A stretch of DNA of 33,732 nt from Planctomycetota bacterium (GCA_035627695.1 DASPLE010000065.1:1-33732), one strand, 5' to 3'. Positions 11,500-21,568 are shown, numbered from the stretch's first letter. Notes: generated from the letters alone by a model not told the origin. A program made the numbers and translations.

Positions 11500-12204
11500 A
11501 TGCGCACGTCACTCGTTCTCGGTTGCCTGTCGCTGCTGCTCGGGGCGCACGCCGCCGCCGATGAGCTGCGCGTCGCCGACATCCGCCTCTCGTACGGGTA
11601 CGTGCCGGATTCCGGCGAGCACATGTCCGGACGCTTCGAGGACCGCTCGAGCGACGGGTCGATCAACCGCAGCGGCACGCTCGACGCGATCGGCGTCGAC
11701 AGCGAGCGCCACCGCTTCGCGCTCGGCTACTACCATTCGCTGCGCGCGCTCGAAGCGGGCCGCGGCTCGCTGCTGCTCGGCCTCGACGCGGTCAACGACC
11801 GCGAGGACGAAGGCTCGATGACGCAGGACACGCTGCTCGGCCAGCTGTTCATCGGCTGGGTCTGGCCGCTCTCGCCGGAGTGGCACATCGAGCAGGGCGT
11901 CGTCCTCGGCGCCGGTCGCCAGCGGCAGAACCTGATCCTGCCCGATGGCTTCTTCGGCGGCGAGGAGTTCTCGGACACGTGGACCGGCTTCGTCTACGAG
12001 TACGGCATGCGCATCGGCGTGCGCTGGACGACGCGCATCGGCCTGCAGGTCGGGCTCGACGTGAACTACCTGGTGATGCAGTCGAAGCCCGAGTTCGAGG
12101 ACGAGCAGGACCTCGGCGGCGGCGTCACCGAGCGGATCACCTACAACCCGACCCATCGCCAGCAGGGCATCGCCGTCGGCCTGTGCATCGGATACCGGCT
12201 GTGA
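11500..12204 (+). CDS. Small outer-membrane beta-barrel-like protein (paralog A), signal peptide, C-terminal GYRL
   Basis: ATG at 11500 gives MRTSLVLGCLSLLLGAHAAADE. Alternating hydrophobic beta-strand pattern. Motifs WPLSPEWHIEQG, YEYGMRIGVRWT and DVNYLVM are shared with the next gene. The track ORF starts at an upstream TTG at 11461. Confidence 0.6.
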   Translation: MRTSLVLGCLSLLLGAHAAADELRVADIRLSYGYVPDSGEHMSGRFEDRSSDGSINRSGTLDAIGVDSERHRFALGYYHSLRALEAGRGSLLLGLDAVNDREDEGSMTQDTLLGQLFIGWVWPLSPEWHIEQGVVLGAGRQRQNLILPDGFFGGEEFSDTWTGFVYEYGMRIGVRWTTRIGLQVGLDVNYLVMQSKPEFEDEQDLGGGVTERITYNPTHRQQGIAVGLCIGYRL

Positions 12205-12938
12205 GCCCGCGCCGCGCGCTGCTCGTCGCGATCGCGCTCGCGGCCACGGTTCCGACGGCCATCGCCGAGAGCCGCGGGATCGACGATGTCCGCGTGTTCT
12301 TCGCGCCGTGGATGGGCACCGAGGCATCGACCGAAGGACGGCTCGACGACGAGGCCCCCGACGTCGGCTTTGTCGGCGACCACCGTCAGGTGGGCATCGG
12401 GCGCGACGCGCGTTGGCACCGGCGCAGCGGCATCGCCTGGTACCGCTCGACCGACGAGCTCCGCCCCGCGATTGGCTCGGCGGTGATCGGCGTCGAGCTG
12501 GCGCTCGACCAACTGGAGCAGGAGCAGTCGGTGTTCACCCTCGAGGGCGACACCTATGTCATCGATGTGTTCCTCGGCTGGGGGTGGGCGCTGACGCCGT
12601 CGTGGCACATCGAGCAGGGCATCATCGGCGGCGTCGGCGAGTCGCGTTGGCGCTGGCACGGCGAAGGCACGATGATCACCGTCGCCGGCGAGCAGGCCGA
12701 CGAGGACGCGACGTCCCGGTCGTTCAGCTACGAGTACGGCTTCCGCCTCGGCACCTACTGGACGCTGGCCCAGGGCTGGCAGGCGGGGGTCGATGTCCGC
12801 TACCTGCTGATGCGTTCCGAAGCGATCTTCCGCTCGACGGCGACGAACAGCGCGGGCGACAGCGAGGTCCTGACCTTCAGGCCGGACATCGAGATCAGCG
12901 GTCTCGGCGCGATGATCACGCTCGGCTACCGGTTCTGA
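12201..12938 (+). CDS. Small outer-membrane beta-barrel-like protein (paralog B), C-terminal GYRF; start overlaps the stop of paralog A (GTGA)
   Basis: A GTG at 12201..12203 overlaps the TGA at 12202..12204. Predicted N-terminus VSPRRALLVAIALAATVPTAIAES is a signal peptide. Paralogous motifs: WALTPSWHIEQG, YEYGFRLGTYWT and DVRYLLM. The 352-aa in-frame upstream extension in the ORF track overlaps gene A and is unlikely to be translated. Confidence 0.55.
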   Translation: MSPRRALLVAIALAATVPTAIAESRGIDDVRVFFAPWMGTEASTEGRLDDEAPDVGFVGDHRQVGIGRDARWHRRSGIAWYRSTDELRPAIGSAVIGVELALDQLEQEQSVFTLEGDTYVIDVFLGWGWALTPSWHIEQGIIGGVGESRWRWHGEGTMITVAGEQADEDATSRSFSYEYGFRLGTYWTLAQGWQAGVDVRYLLMRSEAIFRSTATNSAGDSEVLTFRPDIEISGLGAMITLGYRF

Positions 12939-12949
12939 GAGTCAGCACG

Positions 12950-13891
12950 ATGCCCATGCTCCACCGTTGGCTGGCGCTGCAGGTCGTGGCAGCGTGCTAC
13001 GCCGCCGAACCGTTCGTCGTCGTCGACCAGGTCTTCGTGCGCCCGACGGGGATGGATCCCGCCTATGCCGCGACCGATGGCGACAACGACGGATTGTACG
13101 AGGGCTCCGAGCAGTCCCTCGAGTTCGACTACGAGCGCACGACGGCGATCCGCATCGGCGGGCGGCTCGCGGACGGCGACCGCATCGAGCTCGCCGTGTG
13201 GCTGGCGGACGTCTCGCACGAGGACACCACACGCTCCAGCGGCACAGCGACGGTGTGGGACATCCTCTACCATCCCGTCGACAGCGGCCAGGACCTGCTC
13301 AACACGACGGCCTACGCCGCCGGCGCCGTCCGCGGCTCGACGATCGACGTGGCTTACGTCCACGTGCTCGACGCGGTGGCGGCGCCGTGGTCCGCCGAGA
13401 TCTCGCTCGGCCTGCGCCGCGCCGACCTGCGCAACGAGCTGCTGGCCGTCTACCAGACGAGCGTCGACGAGCCGTGGTACGTCGATCATCGTTCCGAGGC
13501 CAGCGGCCTCGGGCTGCGCGCGGGCGCGCGCGTGCGCCGCGGCTGGTGGGAGGACCGGATCGGCGTGTGGGCGGCGATCGGCTATGCCGTGCTGCAGGGT
13601 CGGCTCGAGACGAGCGACGACCACATCTGGGTCGACAATGCGATTCACGCGTCGGTCGAGACCTCCGAGCAGACCGGATTCACGATGCTCGACGCCGCCG
13701 TCGGCGTCGATGCGACGCTCGGCCTCGGATTCGCGTTCGAAGGCGGCTGGCAGCTGTCGCGCTGGGATGGCATGTGCCGCTTCGACCGCTTCGTCGACGC
13801 CGGCGATCCGTCGAAGCGCGCGACGTCGAACGAGAGCGTGACGTGGGATGGCTTCCTCGTCGGCCTGTCCTGGACCTACCGGGCGGATTGA
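12950..13891 (+). CDS. Secreted or outer-membrane protein of unknown function (third beta-rich protein in the cluster)
   Basis: ATG at 12950 is 11 nt after the previous stop. Signal-like N-terminus MPMLHRWLALQVVAACYAAEP. Beta-rich, aromatic-rich C-terminal strands (WDGFLVGLSWTYRAD). Good GC3 bias and balanced composition. The overlapping 1219-aa ORF 12967..16626 is an R-rich artefact. Confidence 0.5.
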   Translation: MPMLHRWLALQVVAACYAAEPFVVVDQVFVRPTGMDPAYAATDGDNDGLYEGSEQSLEFDYERTTAIRIGGRLADGDRIELAVWLADVSHEDTTRSSGTATVWDILYHPVDSGQDLLNTTAYAAGAVRGSTIDVAYVHVLDAVAAPWSAEISLGLRRADLRNELLAVYQTSVDEPWYVDHRSEASGLGLRAGARVRRGWWEDRIGVWAAIGYAVLQGRLETSDDHIWVDNAIHASVETSEQTGFTMLDAAVGVDATLGLGFAFEGGWQLSRWDGMCRFDRFVDAGDPSKRATSNESVTWDGFLVGLSWTYRAD

Positions 13892-13920
13892 TCCGTCCCC
13901 GCGCCGCTCGACGCACGGCT

Positions 13921-13937
13921 CGTGGCGCTGAGCGCCA
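13921..13937 (+). terminator. Hairpin gtggcgcTGAgcgccac (7-bp stem) 30 nt after the stop of 12950..13891
   Basis: Perfect inverted repeat read directly from the sequence, with no clear U-tract. Confidence 0.25.
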
Positions 13938-14062
13938 CCTCCTGTGGATAGGTCGAAGCGCCGGTCGAGCGGCCGGTGCGTCCTGCGATCCATGGTTGCG
14001 ACCGCGCCCGAGCGCGCGCATGGTGCGCACTCGCCCACGCCGTCGCACACCGGAGCCCCTCC

Positions 14063-15667
14063 ATGGAATTGTTCCTCCTCGGCCTGTTCGCCCTGCTCGT
14101 CGCCGCCGTGCTGTTCGCGGCCCCGACGCTGCTCAATGGCCGGCGCCCGGCGGGCATCGCCGGCGGCGTGCTCGCGGTGCTCGTCGGGCTCGCCGCGCTC
14201 GCCTTCTCGACCACGATCTTCGTCAGCGACGACAAGGCGGCGGTGGTCGTGCGGCGCTTCGGTCCCGACCTGCCGGCCAATCGCGTGGTCGCCGCGCACG
14301 GCGAGAAGGGTCCGCAGGCCGGCGTGCTCGGCCCCGGCTGGCACTTCGGCTACTGGCCGTGGATCTTCGATCACGACGAGGTCGAGAACATCACCGTCAA
14401 CGAGGGCCAGGTCGGCGTGGTCTCGGCGCTCGACGGCAAGAGCCTGCCGAACGGCGAGGTCTACGCCCCGGCGTGGGAATCACCGGAGCAGATGCTCGAC
14501 GGCGTCGCCTTCCTCGGCGAAGGCAAGGGCTTCCGCGGCCCGCAGCTGACGGTGCTGACGCCCGGTCGGTACCGCTACAATCCCAGGCTCTTCACCATCA
14601 CGGCGAAACCGATCGTCGACGTCCACGCCGGCGAGGTCGCCGTGGTGCGCGCCAACGCCGGGAAGGAGTACACGTCGACCGGCGACGAGGCGGCCGAGGA
14701 GATCAACGGCACCGTGCTCGTGCCGCGCGGCCACCGCGGGATCTGGCGCGAACCGCTCGGCCCCGGGTCGTACTACCTCCACCCCGATGCCTACGTCATC
14801 GCGCGCGTCCAGACCACCAACCGGGTCTACACCTACCAGGGCAAGCAGTGGGCGATCAAGGTCCGGTCCAAGGACGGCTTCACCTTCCCGGTCGACGTGC
14901 GCGTCTCGGCGTCCATATCGGCGGTCGATGCGCCGTACCTGGTGGCCCTGCTGGCGACGCCGGACCTCGTGCGCAAGGACGATCAGGAGGACGAGAACCT
15001 CAGCGTGCTCGAGGCCAAGGTCATCGTGCCGCTGATCCGCACGCACCTGCGCAACGTCGCCGAGACGATGAACGCGCTGCAGTTCGTCAACAGCCGCTCG
15101 CAGGTCGAGCAGGTCGCCACCACGCGCATGCGCGAGGAGCTGACCAAGGTCCGCATCCACACCGACGGCGTGTTCATCGGCAACATCGACCTCGACGAGT
15201 CCGATCAGGGCAAGGCGCTCCTGGCGACGCAGACCGACAAGGAGGTCGCGATGAACCAGCAGAAGACCTTCGCCGAGAAGCAGGCCGCCGAGGAGGCGCG
15301 CGCGAAGTTCATCCTCGCCCAGGAGGAGGCCGAGCAGCAGCGCAATCTGGCCCAGGCGAAGTACAAGGTGCAGGTCGCCGAGCAGGAGGCCAAGGCGCGC
15401 GAAGCCGAGGCGGTCGGCGAGGCGCGCTACATCGAGATCACCTTCGAGGCGCGCCGGAAGGGCTACGAGTCGATGGCCACCGCGATCGGCAAGGACGGCG
15501 TCACGACGCTCGAGACGCTCAAGCTGGTCTCGGACGGCAAGATCCAGATCACGCCGCAGGTCATGGTCGGCGGTGGCGGCGGGACCATGGACGCGCTCGG
15601 CGGGACGATCCTCGGGCGGATGCTGAGCGAGCCGGGGCGCGTCGAGGCGACGACGACGAAGAAGTAG
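14063..15667 (+). CDS. Flotillin-like SPFH/band-7 domain protein (YqiK family), N-terminal membrane anchor
   Basis: ATG at 14063 with a GGAG 8 nt upstream. N-terminal TM helix MELFLLGLFALLVAAVLFAAP. SPFH-type core. C-terminal Ala/Glu/Gln-rich coiled coil (AEKQAAEEARAKFILAQEEAEQQRNLAQAKYKVQVAEQEAKAREAEA) followed by a flotillin-type tail. Confidence 0.65.
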   Translation: MELFLLGLFALLVAAVLFAAPTLLNGRRPAGIAGGVLAVLVGLAALAFSTTIFVSDDKAAVVVRRFGPDLPANRVVAAHGEKGPQAGVLGPGWHFGYWPWIFDHDEVENITVNEGQVGVVSALDGKSLPNGEVYAPAWESPEQMLDGVAFLGEGKGFRGPQLTVLTPGRYRYNPRLFTITAKPIVDVHAGEVAVVRANAGKEYTSTGDEAAEEINGTVLVPRGHRGIWREPLGPGSYYLHPDAYVIARVQTTNRVYTYQGKQWAIKVRSKDGFTFPVDVRVSASISAVDAPYLVALLATPDLVRKDDQEDENLSVLEAKVIVPLIRTHLRNVAETMNALQFVNSRSQVEQVATTRMREELTKVRIHTDGVFIGNIDLDESDQGKALLATQTDKEVAMNQQKTFAEKQAAEEARAKFILAQEEAEQQRNLAQAKYKVQVAEQEAKAREAEAVGEARYIEITFEARRKGYESMATAIGKDGVTTLETLKLVSDGKIQITPQVMVGGGGGTMDALGGTILGRMLSEPGRVEATTTKK

Positions 15668-15678
15668 GGAGGCTCGGC

Positions 15679-15769
15679 TCGAAGGTCGAAGGTCGAAGGT
15701 CGAAGGTCGAAGGTCGGAGGTCGGAGGTCGAAGCGCGAAGCGCGAAGCCCGAAGCTCGGAGCTTCGAGG
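15679..15769 (+). repeat. Degenerate heptanucleotide tandem repeat, 13 units: (TCGAAGG)5 (TCGGAGG)2 TCGAAGC (GCGAAGC)2 CCGAAGC TCGGAGC TTCGAGG, beginning 12 nt after the SPFH stop codon
   Basis: Period-7 repeat read directly from the sequence. It belongs to the same family as the repeats at 20266..20296, 24852..24897 and 33584..33732. Confidence 0.9.
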
Positions 15770-15828
15770 CCAGGTCGTGCACGCCGCGTCCGCGCGCGCG
15801 ATCGGTCGCGCGCGCGGTCGGGCCTGCC

Positions 15829-16401
15829 TCAGTGGCTGCCACCGTGCGCGCCCGGCGAGGCGCTGCCCGCCGAGGTGCCCGACGACGTCTTGTCGAGCGC
15901 CTGGGCCATGCGCAGATGCTCCTCGAGCTGCGGCGCCATCCGTTCGGCGAAGGCGCGGATCTCCGGATCGGTCGCGACGCGGGCGCGGCTGGTGAACAGC
16001 GACACCGCCTTGGCGTGATCGGCGACCATCTCGGCGATGTACTCGCGATCGAACTGCTCGCCGGTCAGCTCGGAGAGGTGCGCCGCCGTCATGACGTGGG
16101 CCTCGTCGGGGCGTTCCACGAGATTCACGTCCTTGCGCTTGGCGAGCTGCTTGAGCTCGTTGTTCGCCGCGGTGTGGTCGGTGATCATGTGCTGGGCGAA
16201 CTGCTTGACCCGCGGGCTCGCGGCGCGTTCGGCGGCGAGCCTGCTCGCGGCGATCTCGGACTCGTTGATGATCGCGGCCTGCACCAGGAAGTACTGGTCC
16301 GGGTTGCCGGTCTCCTTCTTCGCGCGCGCCGCCTGCTGGCCGCAGCCGCTGCCGAGCGTGAGCGCGGCGGTGATGGTGAGGATGGTCGCGCGTGCGCGCA
16401 T
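15829..16401 (-). CDS. DUF4142-family periplasmic protein or lipoprotein
   Basis: ATG (complement of 16399..16401) with a GGAG 5 nt upstream. N-terminus MRARATILTITAALTLGSGC is lipoprotein-signal-like. DUF4142-type helical repeats with conserved His/Asp (FAQHMITDHTAANNELKQLA, IAEMVADHAKAVSLF). Convergent with the SPFH gene. Confidence 0.6.
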   Translation of the reverse strand: MRARATILTITAALTLGSGCGQQAARAKKETGNPDQYFLVQAAIINESEIAASRLAAERAASPRVKQFAQHMITDHTAANNELKQLAKRKDVNLVERPDEAHVMTAAHLSELTGEQFDREYIAEMVADHAKAVSLFTSRARVATDPEIRAFAERMAPQLEEHLRMAQALDKTSSGTSAGSASPGAHGGSH

Positions 16402-16692
16402 GACGGCTCCGTGTTCGTTGGCGCGCGGGTTCCGCGCGGTGATGCGTGGGCGGTGGCCCGCCGCGATGGTGCGACGCGTCGTCGCGCGCAGACCTATCGC
16501 CAGCGACGCGCGCGTCGCCAACCACCGCGACGCGATCCTGAACAGCCGGGCGCCGGCTCGACGACGCCGCTCGCGCGGCGGCTGGCTTGGTACATGGATC
16601 AGCTCACGAGCGCCGGCTCGCCGTGACGGCTCTTGGGATCGGGAGCGGGCGCGCTGGTCGCCGCGAGCAATGGCCGAGCCGCCGTGGCGGCG

Positions 16693-17586
16693 TCAGGCCT
16701 GGCCGGGTTCGATCGCCGTGCCCGTGGCGGGCTTCTTGTCGAGATACTTGATCGCCACCGCGCGGTTGCCCTTCGCGTTGTAGATCAGCTTGTCCATGAT
16801 GTGCTTGATCAGGTGGATGCCGTATCCGCCCATGCGTTTGCCGACGTCCTGGCGGTGCTTGATGTGGCCGAGCGGGTCGACGCTGGGATCCGGCACGTTC
16901 GTCGGCTTGAAGCCCGAGCCCTCGTCCTCGATGTAGATGATCAGCTTCCCGGGCAGCAGCCGGCAGCCGAACGTCACCTTCTTCGAGCGGTCGAAGCGGT
17001 TGCCCCACTCGATCGCGTTGCGGCCGAGCTCCTCGAGCGCCAGGCGCACCTCGCTCGCCGCGGGCTCGGGGATGCGGAACTTCTCGAGCAGGCCGAGGAA
17101 CTTGCGGAACTTGTAGAGCACCGCCTGGTCGGTCTCGCCGCTGACCTCGAACCAGCCGAGCGGATCGAACCCGACGTCGAGACGCGTGCCGATCAGCGGC
17201 ATGTGCTGGAGCGCGTTCGCCGCCGACGCCAGCAGGTCGTCCATCGACACCGGCTTGACCAGGTAGTCGCAGGCGCCGAGGCGCAGGCAGCGGATGATCA
17301 GGTCGTCCTGGCCCATCGCGGTGAGCATGATCACCGACGCCGGGTACTGGCGTTTGTGCAGCTCGGCGAGCATGCCCTCGCCGTCGAGGCGCGGCATGCA
17401 GATGTCGCTGATCAGCAGGTTGTACGGCTGGGCCGCCTTCGCGATCTTCTCGAGCGCCTCGACGCCGTCCGCCGCGGTGTCGACGACGATGCCGGCTCCG
17501 AGATCGTGCAGGGTCTCGGCGATGTAGACCTGCAGGTGCGGCATGTCCTCGACGACGAGGACGCGGGCATCGTTGGCGTCGATCAT
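16693..17586 (-). CDS. Response-regulator receiver domain fused to a GHKL (RsbW/SpoIIAB-like anti-sigma-factor serine-kinase-type) ATPase domain
   Basis: REC motifs: VLVVEDMP, LLISDICMPRLDG, MLTAMGQ, DYLVKP. C-terminal HATPase_c-like block: LEELGRNAIEWGN, YIEDEGSGF, GGYGIHLIKHIMD. Confidence 0.75.
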   Translation of the reverse strand: MIDANDARVLVVEDMPHLQVYIAETLHDLGAGIVVDTAADGVEALEKIAKAAQPYNLLISDICMPRLDGEGMLAELHKRQYPASVIMLTAMGQDDLIIRCLRLGACDYLVKPVSMDDLLASAANALQHMPLIGTRLDVGFDPLGWFEVSGETDQAVLYKFRKFLGLLEKFRIPEPAASEVRLALEELGRNAIEWGNRFDRSKKVTFGCRLLPGKLIIYIEDEGSGFKPTNVPDPSVDPLGHIKHRQDVGKRMGGYGIHLIKHIMDKLIYNAKGNRAVAIKYLDKKPATGTAIEPGQA

Positions 17587-17624
17587 GGCTGCGCTGTCAT
17601 GGCTGCGCTGTCACGGCTGCGCGG
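17583..17624. repeat. Three tandem copies of a 14-bp unit at the HK stop / RR start junction (tcatggctgcgctg x2, then tcacggctgcgcgg)
   Basis: Exact 14-bp tandem duplication at 17583..17596 and 17597..17610, followed by a diverged third copy carrying the HK stop. On the coding (minus) strand this reads ...CCGTGA CAGCGCAGCCATGA CAGCGCAGCCATGATC. Confidence 0.85.
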
Positions 17625-18495
17625 CTGGCGTGGTCGGCGCCGGCGGCGGCGTCGTCGGCAGGGTGATGGTGAAGCGCGCGCCCTTGCCGACGGGCAGCGG
17701 GATGAACTCGGCCTTGCCGCCGTGCAGGTCGGCGATGCCGCGCACGATCGCGAGGCCGAGGCCGACGCCGCCGCCCTTCTGCTTGGGGCCCTGGCGCTGG
17801 AAGAACGAGCTGAACAGCCGCGCGCGGTCCTCCTCGGGGATGCCGGGGCCGTTGTCGGCGACGGTGAACCACAGCGAGCCGCCGTCGATGCCGGCGGTGA
17901 CCTCGATGGCGCCGCCCTCGGGCGTGAACTTCCGCGCGTTGTCGACCAGGTTGACGACCGCCTGCGCGACGCGCCGGCGATCGACCGTGATCGGCGTCGC
18001 CGCGTCGGGGCCGAGCGCCGGCCAGCTCACGCGATGCTTCGCGACCTGCGGCTCGGTGGCAGCGCGCACGTCCTCGATGATCGTCTCGAGCGTCACCGGC
18101 TCGCGGCGCAGCTGGAGGTGCCCGCATTCGATCGACGCGAGGTCGAGCAGATCGTTGATCAGCGCGAGCAGGGCGTAGCCGTTGCGATGGATCGCGGCGA
18201 TGAAGTCGGACTGCTTCTTGTTGAGCTTGCCCGCGACCTCCTGGGTCAGCAGCTCGGAGAACCCGATGATGCTGTTCAACGGCGTGCGCAGGTCGTGGCT
18301 GACCTTGGCCATGAACTCGTTGCGCAGCCGGTCGAGATCCTGCAGGCGCTGCTTGTCGCGCTCGAGCCGCTCCTTCTCGGCGAGCAACTGGATATTGCCC
18401 TCGAGCAGGTCGAAGGTGACGGGCAGCAGATCCTTCACGGTCGTCTCACGCGGTCTCGGTCGGCGACTGTACTCGCGGTCCGACGTGGGGAGCAA
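17611..18495 (-). CDS. Soluble (cytoplasmic) sensor histidine kinase, HisKA + HATPase_c
   Basis: H-box FMAKVSHDLRTPLNSIIGFSELL. N, G1 and G2 boxes: VDNARKFTPEGG, VADNGPGIP, GGGVGLGLAIV. No TM segment; N-terminal coiled coil. Start is either TTG at 18495 or GTG at 18438. Confidence 0.8.
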   Translation of the reverse strand: MLPTSDREYSRRPRPRETTVKDLLPVTFDLLEGNIQLLAEKERLERDKQRLQDLDRLRNEFMAKVSHDLRTPLNSIIGFSELLTQEVAGKLNKKQSDFIAAIHRNGYALLALINDLLDLASIECGHLQLRREPVTLETIIEDVRAATEPQVAKHRVSWPALGPDAATPITVDRRRVAQAVVNLVDNARKFTPEGGAIEVTAGIDGGSLWFTVADNGPGIPEEDRARLFSSFFQRQGPKQKGGGVGLGLAIVRGIADLHGGKAEFIPLPVGKGARFTITLPTTPPPAPTTPAAQP

Positions 18496-18539
18496 GCGCT
18501 AAAACAGGAGCGAACGTTCCCCGGGCGCCGTTTGCGTCC

Positions 18540-20174
<1,635 letters not shown>

Positions 20175-20265
20175 CCGACGCCTTTCGCTACAGGAAGGCG
20201 CGGACTCTAGGCACGAGCCGGGCAAGGCGAGCGGCAGCCGGGCGCGGGTTCAGCGGCCCACGCCG

Positions 20266-20296
20266 GCGGCGAGCTCCGAGCTCGAGCTCCGAGCCC
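20266..20296. repeat. Short degenerate heptamer-family repeat (cgagctc cgagctc gagctc cgagcc) inside a GC hairpin (cggcggc ... gccgccg), 19 nt 3' of the pilC stop
   Basis: Read directly from the sequence. Flanked by the inverted repeat cggcggc at 20259..20265 and gccgccg near 20300. Confidence 0.7.
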
Positions 20297-20314
20297 CCTG
20301 CCGCCGCGCGACGC

Positions 20315-21568
20315 TCAGGTCTGCTGGCCGAGGGTCTCGATGATCTTGATCAGCGGCAGGAACAGCGCGATGACGATCGTGCCGACGGCGAGACCCATGA
20401 AGACGATCAGCAGCGGCTCCATCAGGCTCATCATCGCGCCCACCGCCGCGTCGACCTCCTCGTCGTAGGTGTCGGCGATCTTGATCAGCATCTTGTCGAG
20501 CTCGCCGGTCTCCTCGCCCACCTTGATCATGTTGACGACGATGTCGTCGAACACGCCGCAGCGGCGCAGCGGCTCGTTGACGGTCTCGCCTTCCTTCACC
20601 GACTCGCGCACCTCGGCGACGGCGTTGCGCACGACGATGTTCGGCGTCGCCGACTTGGTGATGTCGAGCGCGTCGAGGAAGCCGACGCCCGCGGTCACCA
20701 GCGTGCCGAGCGTGCGCGTGAAGCGCGCCACCGACGCCTTCTTGAGGATGCCGCCGAGCACCGGCACGCGCAGCACGACGCGGTCGACGACCGCGCCGCC
20801 GGTCTCGGTGCGCTTGAAGATCGTGATGCCGACGATCGCGGCGACGATGCCGACCAGGATCGTCAGGCCCCACCAGCTGCCCATGAAGTTGGCGGTGTCG
20901 ATCAGCGCCTGGGTCAGCCAGGGCAGCTTGATGCCGAGATCGGTGAAGATCTGCTCGAACTTCGGCACGATGAAGATCATGATGAACGTCAGGATGCCGC
21001 AGGCGATGGTCAGCACCGCGATCGGGTAGATCAGCGCGCCGATGACCTTCTTCTTCAGCGACTGGGCCTTCTCGCGGAACTCGGCCAGGCGGCGCAGCAC
21101 GGTGTCGAGCGCGCCCGCGGTCTCGCCCGCGCGCACCAGGTTGGTGTAGAGCCGATCCCAGATCTTGGGGAACTGCGCCATCGCCTCGGACAGCTGCGTG
21201 CCGTTGGCGACGTCCTCGGTGACCCGCGTCAGCGACGACTTGAACGCGCCCGGACGCTGCATGTCGGTGAGGATCTGCATCGACTGCACGATCGGCAGGC
21301 CGGCGTCCTGGAGGGTCGAGAGCTGGCGGGTGAACAGCGTCACCTGCTTGGCCTTGACGCCCCCGAACATCGAGAAGCCGCCGCCCTTCTTGCCGCCCGC
21401 GGCGGCCGCGGACTTGCCGGACCGCTGGCGGACCTCCTTGACCTCGATCGGCAGGAAGCCGCGCCGCTTGATGCTGGCGATGGCCTCGACCTCGGATCCC
21501 GCCTCGATCGAGTCGGAGATCTCCTTGTTGGTGCGCTTGTCGTGCGCCTTGAAGGCGAAGACGGCCAT
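20315..21568 (-). CDS. pilC: Type IV pilus inner-membrane platform protein PilC (GspF family)
   Basis: Two GspF-like repeats with TM segments and the conserved tail LMEPLLIVFMGLAVGTIVIALFLPL. GGAG RBS 8 nt upstream of the ATG. Confidence 0.9.
   Translation of the reverse strand: MAVFAFKAHDKRTNKEISDSIEAGSEVEAIASIKRRGFLPIEVKEVRQRSGKSAAAAGGKKGGGFSMFGGVKAKQVTLFTRQLSTLQDAGLPIVQSMQILTDMQRPGAFKSSLTRVTEDVANGTQLSEAMAQFPKIWDRLYTNLVRAGETAGALDTVLRRLAEFREKAQSLKKKVIGALIYPIAVLTIACGILTFIMIFIVPKFEQIFTDLGIKLPWLTQALIDTANFMGSWWGLTILVGIVAAIVGITIFKRTETGGAVVDRVVLRVPVLGGILKKASVARFTRTLGTLVTAGVGFLDALDITKSATPNIVVRNAVAEVRESVKEGETVNEPLRRCGVFDDIVVNMIKVGEETGELDKMLIKIADTYDEEVDAAVGAMMSLMEPLLIVFMGLAVGTIVIALFLPLIKIIETLGQQT

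Noticed and set aside
12967-16626. 1219-aa plus-strand ORF across the OMP-like, SPFH and DUF4142 genes
   Set aside because: It is an off-frame, R/G/A-rich translation with no domain signatures. The real genes in alternative frames have signal peptides, balanced composition and GC3 bias.
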